DNA of 64,000 nucleotides from an uncultured bacterium (GTDB lineage Bacteria; Chlamydiota; Chlamydiia; Chlamydiales; JAAZZY01): NCBI GenBank assembly GCA_964612505.1, contig CAZTEX010000002.1, positions 61,943 to 125,942 of the forward strand, read 5' to 3'. Shown piece by piece: positions 55,595 to 64,000 of this stretch (position 1 is its first letter; each line of letters starts with the position of its first letter). The notes under the pieces were generated by a model. It saw only the letters and a program-made list of their open reading frames with translations, ran no database searches and was not told where the DNA came from. The position numbers and the translations under genes were made by a program.

Positions 55595-56927
55595 CTTCAA
55601 AAGTCATATGTCCAAAAATCTTATTATTGCAAAATTTAGAGATTGCAAAAGTTAATCCATTGGTATCCTCATCTAAATAAGGATTGTCTATCTGAGTGGG
55701 GTCCCCTGCTAAAATGACTTTGGTCCCTTCTCCAGCTCTTGAAATAACCGTTTTAATCTCATGAGGCGTTAAGTTTTGGGCCTCATCAATAATAATAAAC
55801 ATATTAGGGAGAGTTCTTCCTCTGATATAGGTCACAGCCTCTAGTTCTAGCCTTTGGCTTTCTTTAATCCATCTTAGACTTTCTTGAGTGCCCTCTTCAT
55901 CTCCAGATGAATGGCAAAGATACTCTAAGTTATCATAGATAGGTTGCATCCAATGATAGAGTTTCTCTTCCTTGGTCCCCGGTAAATATCCTATATCTTT
56001 TCCGAGTGGCATAATTGGACGACTGACCAGTATTTTGGAATATTGAGCATCATCAAACACTTTTTTAAGAGCGCAAGCCAAAGCAAGTAAAGTTTTACCG
56101 GTTCCTGCTTGACCTACTAAAGTGACTAATTTTATGTCATCTTTAAGTAAAAGATCTAAAGCACATCTTTGTTGCATATTACGAGGTTTAATTCCCCATA
56201 AATCTTGAGGTAACGCTTTAAGTGCTAATAATCTTTTTTGCTGGCTATCATAGCGACCCACAATTTGAGTGTGGTCATTGGCATTTAAAATGCAGTACTC
56301 ATTCGTAGACAAGTGCGGATCTTCATAGTCCATGACTCCATTTTTAAGAAAAAGATCTATCTCTTTTTTAGACACATCTAAACTCTTAATTCCCGTATAA
56401 AGGTTTTTATGGGAAATAGAGGTATTTTTGTAATCTTGCGCATTGAGACCTATCATTTGAGCTTTAAGCCTAACCGCAAAGTCTTTAGATAAGAGCGTCA
56501 ATGAAGGGTGCTCTTTGGAGAGCATGTGAGCGGCTTGCAAAATTTGATTCTTGGCCAAAGCTTTATCAAAGTTTAACTCTGTATGAAGATCATTTTTATA
56601 TTTTGAGTAAATCTTTAAGGTTGAACCATTCTCAAGGTGTACTCCGGATACTAAATCAGATGAATGATTGGAATAGGCCCTTTCTTCACTCATAATGACC
56701 GAGCCATTGGCAACAAGGTCTAATTGATTATATCTTTTTTTGATTTTATCAAAGGCTCTCATAACTAGCCTTGCATTTCTTCCCAAATCATTAGGCAGTC
56801 TTTTCATATTATCTAGCTCTTCTATCACTGCTAGCGGCACTATCAAGTCACAATTTTCAAAGCCTTCTAAGGCTTTTGGATCATATAATAATACATTAGT
56901 ATCTAATACAAAAGTTCTTCGACTCAT
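55548..56927 (-). CDS. PhoH-like ATPase with N-terminal PIN domain (YlaK-type)
   Basis: PIN acidic residues in FVLDTNVLLYDP...LIVPLAVIEELD. PhoH P-loop LVGQAGTGKTLLALACALKK and ...FIIIDEAQNLTPHEIKT. Confidence 0.8.
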   Translation of the reverse strand: MSRRTFVLDTNVLLYDPKALEGFENCDLIVPLAVIEELDNMKRLPNDLGRNARLVMRAFDKIKKRYNQLDLVANGSVIMSEERAYSNHSSDLVSGVHLENGSTLKIYSKYKNDLHTELNFDKALAKNQILQAAHMLSKEHPSLTLLSKDFAVRLKAQMIGLNAQDYKNTSISHKNLYTGIKSLDVSKKEIDLFLKNGVMDYEDPHLSTNEYCILNANDHTQIVGRYDSQQKRLLALKALPQDLWGIKPRNMQQRCALDLLLKDDIKLVTLVGQAGTGKTLLALACALKKVFDDAQYSKILVSRPIMPLGKDIGYLPGTKEEKLYHWMQPIYDNLEYLCHSSGDEEGTQESLRWIKESQRLELEAVTYIRGRTLPNMFIIIDEAQNLTPHEIKTVISRAGEGTKVILAGDPTQIDNPYLDEDTNGLTFAISKFCNNKIFGHMTFEVTERSELSSLAATVL

Positions 56928-57180
56928 CCCCTATCCTTTTTTACCAAAGTCTAAATGCGCAACTTAAGATATCTTGAGATTCCTGCCAAGAAAAAACAAA
57001 CTCCTTTGTGTTTTTGTAAACACCTAAAAAAGAGCGACTTACCAAGATAAGTTGCAATCAAGCTGGCTGTCTGCTAAAAATATTGAAACTAATTTTAAAA
57101 TCCTTTATAATAAAATCAAATTAATATTAGAATATGTTCTAGTTTAAGTAGAGCAAACTCTAAGTCCAAGGAGGTCAAAA

Positions 57181-57882
57181 ATGCACTTTGTAATCAATGA
57201 AAAAATTTTGAGCCTACCCCCTTATATATCGACAACCTGGGAGAGCATTGCTTCATTACATGTTAGCGGCGTTGCTCTTGTCATTTCTTTAAATAATGGA
57301 ACAAGCATTCATATTCCAAATCTAAGTCCAGATATTCTGACTAAAATTTTCCAAACTCATTCAGAGTTTATTAGTTCAAAAGCTAAGCAAAAACAATCTA
57401 ATGAGGCGACATCACAACTTTTTAACATGGACAATGTAATTAACCTTGGTTTTCCAATGCGTTTTGGTGGCACACTAGAAGGATTAGGAGCTGCTATGCA
57501 GCACAATCCTGAACAAGCAAACGCTCCAGATCTTCCCAAAGAAGTTTTGGAAAAGATTTCTGCTGTTGCCAAAATTATGGATAGTGATCAAACATTGAAC
57601 AATGCTTTAAAAGCAGAACCTCATTGCAACTGTGTTCATTGCCAAATTTCCAGAGCCATCACCGGTGAAGCTCCTTTAAAAGAGCGTGAAATTGAAGAAG
57701 AAGTTTCTGATGAAGATTTAAAATTTAGAACGTGGGATGTCGTCCAATCAGGAGACAATTTATACACTGTTTCTAATCCATTAGAAAATGATGAACATTA
57801 CAATGTCTTTCTAGGTAACCCTATCGGCTGCACTTGTGGTGAAAAAAATTGTGAACATATTAAAGCCGTTTTAAACACTTAA
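57181..57882 (+). CDS. Hypothetical protein with a C-terminal Cys/His cluster
   Basis: C-terminal ...EPHCNCVHCQIS...GCTCGEKNCEHIKAV (a CxCx4CxH, SWIM-like metal-binding arrangement). No other motif. Confidence 0.35.
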   Translation: MHFVINEKILSLPPYISTTWESIASLHVSGVALVISLNNGTSIHIPNLSPDILTKIFQTHSEFISSKAKQKQSNEATSQLFNMDNVINLGFPMRFGGTLEGLGAAMQHNPEQANAPDLPKEVLEKISAVAKIMDSDQTLNNALKAEPHCNCVHCQISRAITGEAPLKEREIEEEVSDEDLKFRTWDVVQSGDNLYTVSNPLENDEHYNVFLGNPIGCTCGEKNCEHIKAVLNT

Positions 57883-57963
57883 AAATATCATTGTGAAAAA
57901 ATTCCAATAGTCATAAATTGAGTGCTAATAACAACATTTTAGACTTTTAGGAGTTTTCAAGTT

Positions 57964-59169
57964 ATGAAACGTCTTCTGTTTCTTACAATTTCACTTTCAA
58001 TTACCTTTTCACATGCATTATGGGCTAAAGCTCCACAAACTTTAGAAAAGCAACAAACATTTGCTCCATTTACAGGCAAAATTATTGGCAATAAAGTTCG
58101 CTTAAGGCTTTCACCTAATCTAGAAGGGCAAATCATTCGAGAACTTGAAAGGGGAGAAATTTACGCTGTTGTTGCTGAAAACAATGAATATTACGGCGTA
58201 ACTCCTAAAAAAGATGTCAAAGCTTATATCTTTCGAACACATGTATTAGACAATCATGTTGAAGGAGAAAAGGTTAATATTCGCACAGCTGCAAGCTTAG
58301 ATGCTCCTGTTCTTGCTCAATTGAATGCGGGAGAAAAGGTGAATATTGATCCCAATGGATCCAAAGGAAAATGGTATCAAATTGAAGTTCCTAAAAATGT
58401 TCATCTCTGGGTGGCAAAAGATTATGTAGAAAAAGTTGGCCCTCTTGAATATGCTGAAAAATATAGTGAGAGAGTCAATGAAGCGACTCAATTACTAGCA
58501 ACAGCTACTCTAATTAGCCAAGCTGAATTTAGAAAATCGTTTCAAGAAGTGGACTTAGATCGCATTACTCGTAATTATGAACGTGTTTTAAAAGATTACA
58601 GTGACCTTGATGATATTCATCTGCAAGCTAAACAAGCTATTCAAAGTCTTCAGAAAGAATATTGCGATAGGAAGATTGAATTTTTAGAAAATAAAGCCGG
58701 CAGAGCAGCTCTAGAAGTAAAATCATTAAACGCTAAATTAACTCACCTTAAGACCCCAGATATTAGTTCAGAAGCTAAACTTTCTATGGATAGCCCCTTT
58801 GCTAATATTCTAGATAACCAAGGTGCTACTGATAAGATGAAAATTTGGCAACCGATTGAGTATGCAAAATTTCAAAGCTGGGCTTTTAGAAATGAAAAAA
58901 ATGATGCAACTTTGCAAGACTTTTACCAAGCAGAGTTTTTGGATGCTAAAACGTTGAGCGGCCTTATAGAGCCATTTAGCACAGTTGTTAAGAGCAAACC
59001 AGGCTCACATCTTTTAACTAAAGATGGTCAAACTGTAGGCTATCTATATAGCACACATATCAACTTAAGTGATTTTATAGACAAGAATGTATCTCTTAAA
59101 GTTACAGAAAGAGAAAATCATAATTTTGCATTTCCTGCCTATTACGTTTTAGATGTTAAGCAAGAATAA
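57964..59169 (+). CDS. Secreted protein with two bacterial SH3 (SH3b/SH3_3) domains and a C-terminal domain of unknown function
   Basis: Signal peptide. GKIIGNKVRLRLSPNLEGQIIRELERGEIYAVV and VEGEKVNIRTAASLDAPVLAQLNAGEKVNIDPN...KWYQIEV are typical SH3b strands. Confidence 0.6.
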   Translation: MKRLLFLTISLSITFSHALWAKAPQTLEKQQTFAPFTGKIIGNKVRLRLSPNLEGQIIRELERGEIYAVVAENNEYYGVTPKKDVKAYIFRTHVLDNHVEGEKVNIRTAASLDAPVLAQLNAGEKVNIDPNGSKGKWYQIEVPKNVHLWVAKDYVEKVGPLEYAEKYSERVNEATQLLATATLISQAEFRKSFQEVDLDRITRNYERVLKDYSDLDDIHLQAKQAIQSLQKEYCDRKIEFLENKAGRAALEVKSLNAKLTHLKTPDISSEAKLSMDSPFANILDNQGATDKMKIWQPIEYAKFQSWAFRNEKNDATLQDFYQAEFLDAKTLSGLIEPFSTVVKSKPGSHLLTKDGQTVGYLYSTHINLSDFIDKNVSLKVTERENHNFAFPAYYVLDVKQE

Positions 59170-59192
59170 ATAACTCAGACCTAGTTCAAGAA

Positions 59193-59232
59193 AACCCTTA
59201 AAACTTATTAAGTTTTAGGGGTTTTTTATTTT
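59193..59232. terminator. Bidirectional rho-independent terminator between the convergent SH3b gene and the ABC ATPase
   Basis: aaaaCCCTtAAAACTTA-tt-AAGTTTTAGGGGtttttt: a 12-bp stem with an A-run and a T-run on opposite sides. Confidence 0.55.
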
Positions 59233-59984
59233 GATAACCACGCTAATGCTTCAAACGACTTTTGAATAAAAGGACTCTTCTTCTCTGAAATTATTTCTTT
59301 AGCATTGCCCGTCTCAACAACTTTTCCTTCAGCAAGCACAATTAATTTATTAAAAGAATTAGCAACAGCAGTGAGATCATGAGTAATAAAAAGAATGCTC
59401 AAGTCTGTTTTTTTTTGGTAATCTAAAAGAAGTTGGAGTATTTCCGCTCGCAGCGGGTAATCTAAAGCAGAAAGAATTTCATCACAAATTAAAAGCTTTG
59501 GCTTAGCAAGCAAAGCTCTCAGTAATGCGATACGTTGCAATTCTCCTCCGCTAAGTTGATGGGGAAGGGTCTTTAATTGGGATGGGTATATATTTAAATA
59601 CTTACAGTAGTAGTTTATATAGTCATTAGCCTTCGCTAAGGAGGATTTCTGGTATTTGATTAAATACTCTTGTAAGAGATCAAGAACCCGTTTATGAGGG
59701 GTAAATGACTCATAGGGATTTTGGAAGACGAGCTGGATTGATTTATCCTGTAGCAAATCCTTCGAGCTTTTTGAAAGCCCACAGTATTCAATAGTCCCCT
59801 CTGTAAAGTCACTGTAGCCCTTTATAAGCCTTCCCAGCGTCGTTTTCCCAGATCCAGAGGGCCCTACAAGAGCAATTCGTTCCCCGCTTATCACCTCTAA
59901 GTTAATCTTAGAGACAAGAAACCGCTTAGCCTGAATGTCAAATCTACTTAAATCTTTTACTTTTAGAAGGGTCTCTTTAGTCAT
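59226..59984 (-). CDS. ABC transporter ATP-binding protein
   Basis: Walker A LVGPSGSGKTTL, signature LSGGELQRIALLRAL, Walker B LLICDE, H-loop ITHD. Confidence 0.8.
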   Translation of the reverse strand: MTKETLLKVKDLSRFDIQAKRFLVSKINLEVISGERIALVGPSGSGKTTLGRLIKGYSDFTEGTIEYCGLSKSSKDLLQDKSIQLVFQNPYESFTPHKRVLDLLQEYLIKYQKSSLAKANDYINYYCKYLNIYPSQLKTLPHQLSGGELQRIALLRALLAKPKLLICDEILSALDYPLRAEILQLLLDYQKKTDLSILFITHDLTAVANSFNKLIVLAEGKVVETGNAKEIISEKKSPFIQKSFEALAWLSK

Positions 59985-60200
59985 TTTTAAAATTTTTCTT
60001 ATAAAACTGAAGTATTATGGGCTCAAAGAATTTTTGATTCAAACCTTTTATTGTAGCCATTTAATCCCAGTTTTTTACTTCCATAAGTTACTTATTAATA
60101 ATACATTAACATAGACATACACTAATAAAAAGAACCTTAATGATCTCTTAATACTCAAAAGCTAAAATAGGCGTTATTCCGAATTACTAGGAGAATAAAA

Positions 60201-60893
60201 ATGACGAATTCTACGGCTCTTCAATATTGTCCTTTGGAAAGATTTCCAGCGGGTTCATTTTGTGCTGGGCTTGAAACAGCTTTAAATTTACCTACAGACC
60301 TTTTAAATAATGTTTGGCATCAACTCAGCCAATTGCATGAATCTGTCAGTAACACCGAATTATACCAAAAAGCTTGGGAAGCAGTTCCTCAAATAGAATC
60401 CGTAACATGGCGTCTAGGATTAACCTGGGCAGTGGGAAATCTTTTTGCTAACGCTGCATTAGTAGGAACAACACGACCACCTTATGCTTTCTATCCAGCC
60501 TATTTAGGAGAATTCATAGCAGGAAATCCCCTTCTCTCAAAAATAAACAAATTTTTTAATGTTTGTATGCAAATAGGTACCTTCCGACTGACCTTTCCAC
60601 TAACAGTCCTTGTTAAGATACCTAAAATTATAAAATTTATGTCCAACAATCCACTGATTTTAGGATTAGGTATAGGCTATACAGGGGCAGATTTAGCTTA
60701 CCATCAATTTTGCCTAGAAGACTCATTTAATGATTATATGAACAAAAAATTAAAAGCTTTAGATCCCATTCTAAACAGCATTGGCGAGCAGCAAGAGCAA
60801 GGCTTACCTGAGAGAGTGGAAGCTCTTAAAGACAGCATTCCGGCCCTAAAGAATGCAACTATCATCAAAACTCCACGAGCCAGAGGATTATAG
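60201..60893 (+). CDS. Hypothetical protein
   Basis: 230-aa ORF with an RBS-like AGGAGAATAAAAATG. No recognisable domain. The downstream ORF starts on the base after its TAG. Confidence 0.35.
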   Translation: MTNSTALQYCPLERFPAGSFCAGLETALNLPTDLLNNVWHQLSQLHESVSNTELYQKAWEAVPQIESVTWRLGLTWAVGNLFANAALVGTTRPPYAFYPAYLGEFIAGNPLLSKINKFFNVCMQIGTFRLTFPLTVLVKIPKIIKFMSNNPLILGLGIGYTGADLAYHQFCLEDSFNDYMNKKLKALDPILNSIGEQQEQGLPERVEALKDSIPALKNATIIKTPRARGL

Positions 60894-61259
60894 ATGTCTA
60901 TTACATCAACTTTATTCAATTACCTTACTCCCCAGACAGAGCATTTGGCTAATACTTTAAAAGCAACAAAGTCTGATGCACCTAATAAAGGTCTCGAAGT
61001 CAATACCCACATTAAACGTATTGTATATTATCACAATGCTTGGGATTGCCAAGAATCAGAAATGATCCTTTTTTGCAAAAATGGAAATGAAATACACGTA
61101 CCCTTACATCAAATCAACTCTCCAAACCCGCATGTAGGAGATAAGGTCCACATTTCATATCTCAAAACAAAAAATATTTATAAGATTAATTATCAAAGCG
61201 CTAATCACACAAGTTCAGGTTGGCAAGCAGCAAAAATTGGCAACTTGTATCTAGTATAG
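60894..61259 (+). CDS. Hypothetical protein, translationally coupled to 60201..60893
   Basis: The ATG is immediately adjacent to the upstream stop. 121 aa, no motif. Confidence 0.35.
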   Translation: MSITSTLFNYLTPQTEHLANTLKATKSDAPNKGLEVNTHIKRIVYYHNAWDCQESEMILFCKNGNEIHVPLHQINSPNPHVGDKVHISYLKTKNIYKINYQSANHTSSGWQAAKIGNLYLV

Positions 61260-61286
61260 TTTCTTGTAGATTAGTTTGTTATAGCA

Positions 61287-61327
61287 AAAAGACTAGCTTT
61301 AAGTATAACTTATAAAACTAGTCTTTT
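61287..61327. terminator. Bidirectional terminator hairpin between the convergent hypothetical pair and rplQ
   Basis: AAAAGACTAG-(21-nt loop)-CTAGTCTTTT: a 10-bp stem flanked by A- and T-runs. Confidence 0.45.
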
Positions 61328-61341
61328 AAGAATGGTTTAAA

Positions 61342-61770
61342 TTATTCAGGTAGATATTCGATTAGGCACAATGGAGCATTGTCACCCACTCTATTTCCGA
61401 GCTTTAGAATTCTTGTATACCCACCATTACGAGCAGTAAATCTTGTTGCTAGTTGATCAAACAATTTTGAAATAACTTGTCTGTCATCATTATAAGCAAA
61501 AGTTTTTCCTTCTTTAGCCGCTCTCTGTTCTTTAGTTGTTAATGGATTAAAATGAATCATCAACTTAGCAATAGCATTACGTCTAGCCGCTAGACTTTGC
61601 AATTTAGCGATAGTAATCAGTTTATCTGCATGTCTTCTTAGCTCTTTTGCTTTTGCTACTGTAGTTTCAATTCTCTCATTAATAACTAAAGCCTTAAGCA
61701 TATTAGCAATTAAACATCTTCTGTGAGCAGAATCTCTTCCAATTTTAAATGTATCTTTTCTATGTCTCAC
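61342..61770 (-). CDS. rplQ: 50S ribosomal protein L17
   Basis: [45 protein letters not shown] is the canonical L17 N-terminus. It follows rpoA. Confidence 0.9.
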   Translation of the reverse strand: MRHRKDTFKIGRDSAHRRCLIANMLKALVINERIETTVAKAKELRRHADKLITIAKLQSLAARRNAIAKLMIHFNPLTTKEQRAAKEGKTFAYNDDRQVISKLFDQLATRFTARNGGYTRILKLGNRVGDNAPLCLIEYLPE

Positions 61771-61779
61771 AATTTCACC

Positions 61780-62868
61780 TTAAACAATTTTTTCTTCTTT
61801 TTCATAACTACTAACAATATCTTTCACGTTATCTTTCGTAATTCCATAACGTGATAGATCCATTCCTAAAGATAATCCCATTTCACTAAGTTTATCTTTA
61901 ATTTCATTAAGTGATTTTTTACCAAAATTTCTGTACTTCAGCATTTCAGATTCATGGTTCACTACAAGTTCACCAATCGTTTGAATTTGAGCTGAATTTA
62001 AGCAATTCGTTGAACGTACTGAAAGTTCAATTTCATTAATCTTAAGCGCAAGCTTTTGTAGAATTTCATCTCTGTCTGAATCTTCAGATTGTGACTCTTC
62101 TTGAAATTTAAGAGCATAAGTGTCTAAATTTAAGAAAGCTTCTAAATGCTTAATTCCGATTTGAGCTGAGAATGAAAGCGCTTCTTTAGGAGAAATTCTG
62201 CCATCCGTTGTGATTTCTAAGATCAATTTATCATAATCGGTATCTTGGCCCACTCGAGTATTTTCTACAAAGTAGTTCACTAGTCTTACCGGAGAGAAAA
62301 TAGAATCGATAACGATTTCGCCAGCTACTTTATCATCAATTACATGTCTTTCAGATGAAACATAACCTCTTCCATGAGCAACTCTAAATATGATCTTCTT
62401 TTTAAGAGGTAGCGTTGCTGTAAAGATTTCATGCTCAGGGTTCACAATTTCAAACATTTGTGTATTGATAACATCTTTAACTTTTACAATATACTCACCG
62501 TTATTCTCATTGAGATCTTTCTCTGTAATAACTAATTCATGAACGAGTTTAAGGTGTTTGCTAATTCTATCATCATTTTCTTCAGTTGGAACTCTGCGGA
62601 GCTTAATTCCTTTAATATTTAATATGATTGTTGTCATATCTTCCAAAATGCCATTAATGGCCATATATTCATGTGGCACGCCTTCAATAACAACAGATAC
62701 TATAGCAGGTGATTCTATAGATGTAAGAAGCATTCTTCTGAGTGAGTTTCCTATTGTATGACCAAACCCTCTTTCGAATGGTTCAGTTATAAACTTACCA
62801 TAATTATCGGTAGCTTCTTCAACTGTTATTTTCTCAGGCATTTCGAACTTATTATATAGGACTGCCAT
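61780..62868 (-). CDS. rpoA: DNA-directed RNA polymerase alpha subunit
   Basis: Alpha-NTD signature ...[27 protein letters not shown]... and a C-terminal alpha-CTD. Gene order S13-S11-alpha-L17. Confidence 0.9.
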   Translation of the reverse strand: MAVLYNKFEMPEKITVEEATDNYGKFITEPFERGFGHTIGNSLRRMLLTSIESPAIVSVVIEGVPHEYMAINGILEDMTTIILNIKGIKLRRVPTEENDDRISKHLKLVHELVITEKDLNENNGEYIVKVKDVINTQMFEIVNPEHEIFTATLPLKKKIIFRVAHGRGYVSSERHVIDDKVAGEIVIDSIFSPVRLVNYFVENTRVGQDTDYDKLILEITTDGRISPKEALSFSAQIGIKHLEAFLNLDTYALKFQEESQSEDSDRDEILQKLALKINEIELSVRSTNCLNSAQIQTIGELVVNHESEMLKYRNFGKKSLNEIKDKLSEMGLSLGMDLSRYGITKDNVKDIVSSYEKEEKIV

Positions 62869-62900
62869 GAAAGGATCTCCTTTAGATCTTTAAATTAAAT

Positions 62901-63314
62901 TTATGCTCTTCTTCTTTTGCGTGGACGACAACCGTTATGTGGTACTGGTGTTTTGTCTCTTATGATCGTAATCAATAGTCCGGCGCTTTGTAACCCTCTA
63001 ACAGCAGATTCTCTGCCAGCTCCAGGTCCTTTTAAATTCACTTCAACTTCTTTCATCCCTCTAGAGATAGCCGATTTAGCAGCATTTTGAGCTGCTACAG
63101 TTGCCGCGAAAGCCGAGGACTTCTTTGAACCTGTAAAATTTGCACGTCCAGCTGATGCCCAAGATATTACGTTGCCAAGTGGATCGCAAATAGACACGAT
63201 TGTATTGTTAAACGTTGCTTTTACATTTGCTATTCCAGATGGAACAGATTTAATAATTTTCTTTTTAACTTTTTTCTTTTGTTGTTGTTGAACTTTTGGT
63301 TGTTGCTTAGCCAC
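62901..63314 (-). CDS. rpsK: 30S ribosomal protein S11
   Basis: ...[39 protein letters not shown]... is the S11 core. Confidence 0.9.
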   Translation of the reverse strand: MAKQQPKVQQQQKKKVKKKIIKSVPSGIANVKATFNNTIVSICDPLGNVISWASAGRANFTGSKKSSAFAATVAAQNAAKSAISRGMKEVEVNLKGPGAGRESAVRGLQSAGLLITIIRDKTPVPHNGCRPRKRRRA

Positions 63315-63338
63315 AACTTAACTCCTTTTTAGATCTGA

Positions 63339-63722
63339 TTATTTAGGGCCTGGCGCTTTTTTCTTTCCGGCAATAGTTTTCTTTTTACCCTTTCTCGTTC
63401 TAGCGTTAGTTTGAGTTCTTTGCCCTCTTACTGGCAGTCCAAGTCTGTGCCTTGTTCCACGATAACAGTTAATCGAAATAAGGCGTTTAATATTATTTTG
63501 TACTTCTCTTCTTAAATCTCCTTCAACAATATACTCTTTTTGAATAAGTGTTGTAATATTCGCAACATCTTCGGACTTTAATCTGTGTGTTCGAATATTT
63601 GGATCTAATTTCAATTTTTCAATTATATCATTTGATAATTTTTTACCAATTCCGTAAATGTAAGTTAAACTGATCTCCAGTCTCTTATTATCAGGAATAT
63701 CTACACCTAAAATGCGTGTCAT
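63339..63722 (-). CDS. rpsM: 30S ribosomal protein S13
   Basis: [34 protein letters not shown] is the S13 N-terminus, with a basic C-terminal tail. Confidence 0.9.
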   Translation of the reverse strand: MTRILGVDIPDNKRLEISLTYIYGIGKKLSNDIIEKLKLDPNIRTHRLKSEDVANITTLIQKEYIVEGDLRREVQNNIKRLISINCYRGTRHRLGLPVRGQRTQTNARTRKGKKKTIAGKKKAPGPK

Positions 63723-63803
63723 TATTTCTCCAAATCTTCAATACTTTTATTAATTTAAAAAAAGCTAAACTATACTAGCACAAGTTTACTTTTGTGAAAA
63801 TTG

Positions 63804-64000
63804 TTATCTTATTCTTGATCTACTTCTTTTTAACAGTCCATCATACTTCTTCGTAAGGAGCTGAGAATCAACCTGTTGCATCGTATCCAATATAACCCCA
63901 ACAAGGATCAATAAGGATGTACCACCAAAAAAGTGGCTAATTGTCATATCTACGTTTAAAATTTTGCTTACAATCGTCGGAATCTGTTCTTCCCCTTCCT
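63804..64000 (-). CDS. secY: Preprotein translocase SecY, 3' end only (gene continues beyond the window)
   Basis: Reverse-strand translation ...FFGGTSLLILVGVILDTMQQVDSQLLTKKYDGLLKRSRSRIR* matches the SecY C-terminus (GGTSLLI.VGV.LDTm.Qi.sqL). Manual translation. Confidence 0.7.
   Translation of the reverse strand, partial: EGEEQIPTIVSKILNVDMTISHFFGGTSLLILVGVILDTMQQVDSQLLTKKYDGLLKRSRSRIR

Noticed and set aside
1384-62761. About 50 short ORFs (60-130 aa) nested within or antisense to larger genes, for example 1384..1590, 2896..3105, 3826..4044, 3998..4351, 5074..5295, 6019..6240, 8799..9047, 10276..10545, 10523..10744, 12042..12272, 12737..12937, 14200..14397, 14908..15156, 17535..17723, 20260..20680, 20755..20997, 21499..21744, 22142..22393, 24192..24417, 25114..25368, 28022..28389, 29260..29442, 29894..30115, 32261..32602, 33457..33651, 34074..34319, 35346..35531, 35830..36051, 36554..36748, 38491..38730, 38955..39176, 39522..39812, 40610..41064, 41151..41345, 43984..44199, 45455..45775, 47394..47636, 51833..52072, 52155..52493, 52777..52989, 53098..53449, 55076..55285, 56501..56967, 57357..57572, 58297..58491, 60734..60919, 62558..62761
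   Set aside because: Each is fully embedded in a longer ORF that carries recognisable family motifs. They have no independent RBS or motif and are typical AT-rich shadow ORFs.
1-64000. CRISPR arrays, rRNA genes, IS elements or transposases
   Set aside because: No regularly spaced 25-40-bp direct repeats with unique spacers, no rRNA-like GC-rich conserved blocks, and no ORF with DDE or serine/tyrosine recombinase motifs were seen on either strand.

Overview
This window is an AT-rich (~36% GC) chromosomal segment with a Chlamydiae-like gene repertoire. That assignment rests on the eukaryote-type IleS, a long LepB, the one-piece tmRNA and the secY-rpsM-rpsK-rpoA-rplQ gene order. Many neighbouring genes are Chlamydiae-style hypotheticals.

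Core genes I could recognise from motifs:
- ileS, lepB and a pncB-pncA NAD-salvage operon.
- An elongator-type tRNA(CAT).
- The tmRNA gene ssrA on the minus strand.
- A PIN-PhoH ATPase, a SulP permease, RlmM-like and RlmB-like rRNA methyltransferases.
- The 3' end of the ribosomal/secY operon at the right edge.

Roughly 22-54 kb is a mosaic of small accessory-type genes. These include GNATs, SAM methyltransferases, VOC, YciI and SnoaL-like proteins, MerR/TetR/PadR regulators, an APH-like kinase, a TetX-like flavin monooxygenase, Fic, RpiB, and decayed GrpB/GNAT fragments.

The most interesting structure is at the tmRNA 3' end:
- A ~30-bp direct duplication of the ssrA terminus lies 0.9 kb away (attL/attR-like).
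- To the left sits a chain of four to five degenerate copies of the same extended repeat, about 45 bp.
- Each copy follows a single gene (Fic, RpiB, methyltransferase, a 5'-truncated rhodanese, possibly more), with no integrase in view.
- This looks like a serially built islet or cassette-like array anchored on ssrA, which I do not recognise as a described system.

Other candidates:
- A cytoplasmic vWA (MIDAS) protein translationally coupled to a large polytopic membrane protein carrying a C-terminal J-domain (HPD).
- A divergent cluster of two HIT-superfamily proteins with an isochorismatase-like hydrolase and MYG1.
- An iteron-like operator array (palindrome plus 20-bp-phased TGGCCGTA repeats) in front of a wHTH-Fic gene with a degenerate Fic motif.
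- A 33-bp tandem-repeat membrane protein.
- A pncAB operon co-transcribed with two secreted coiled-coil paralogues.

No CRISPR array, rRNA, transposase or integrase gene was found.
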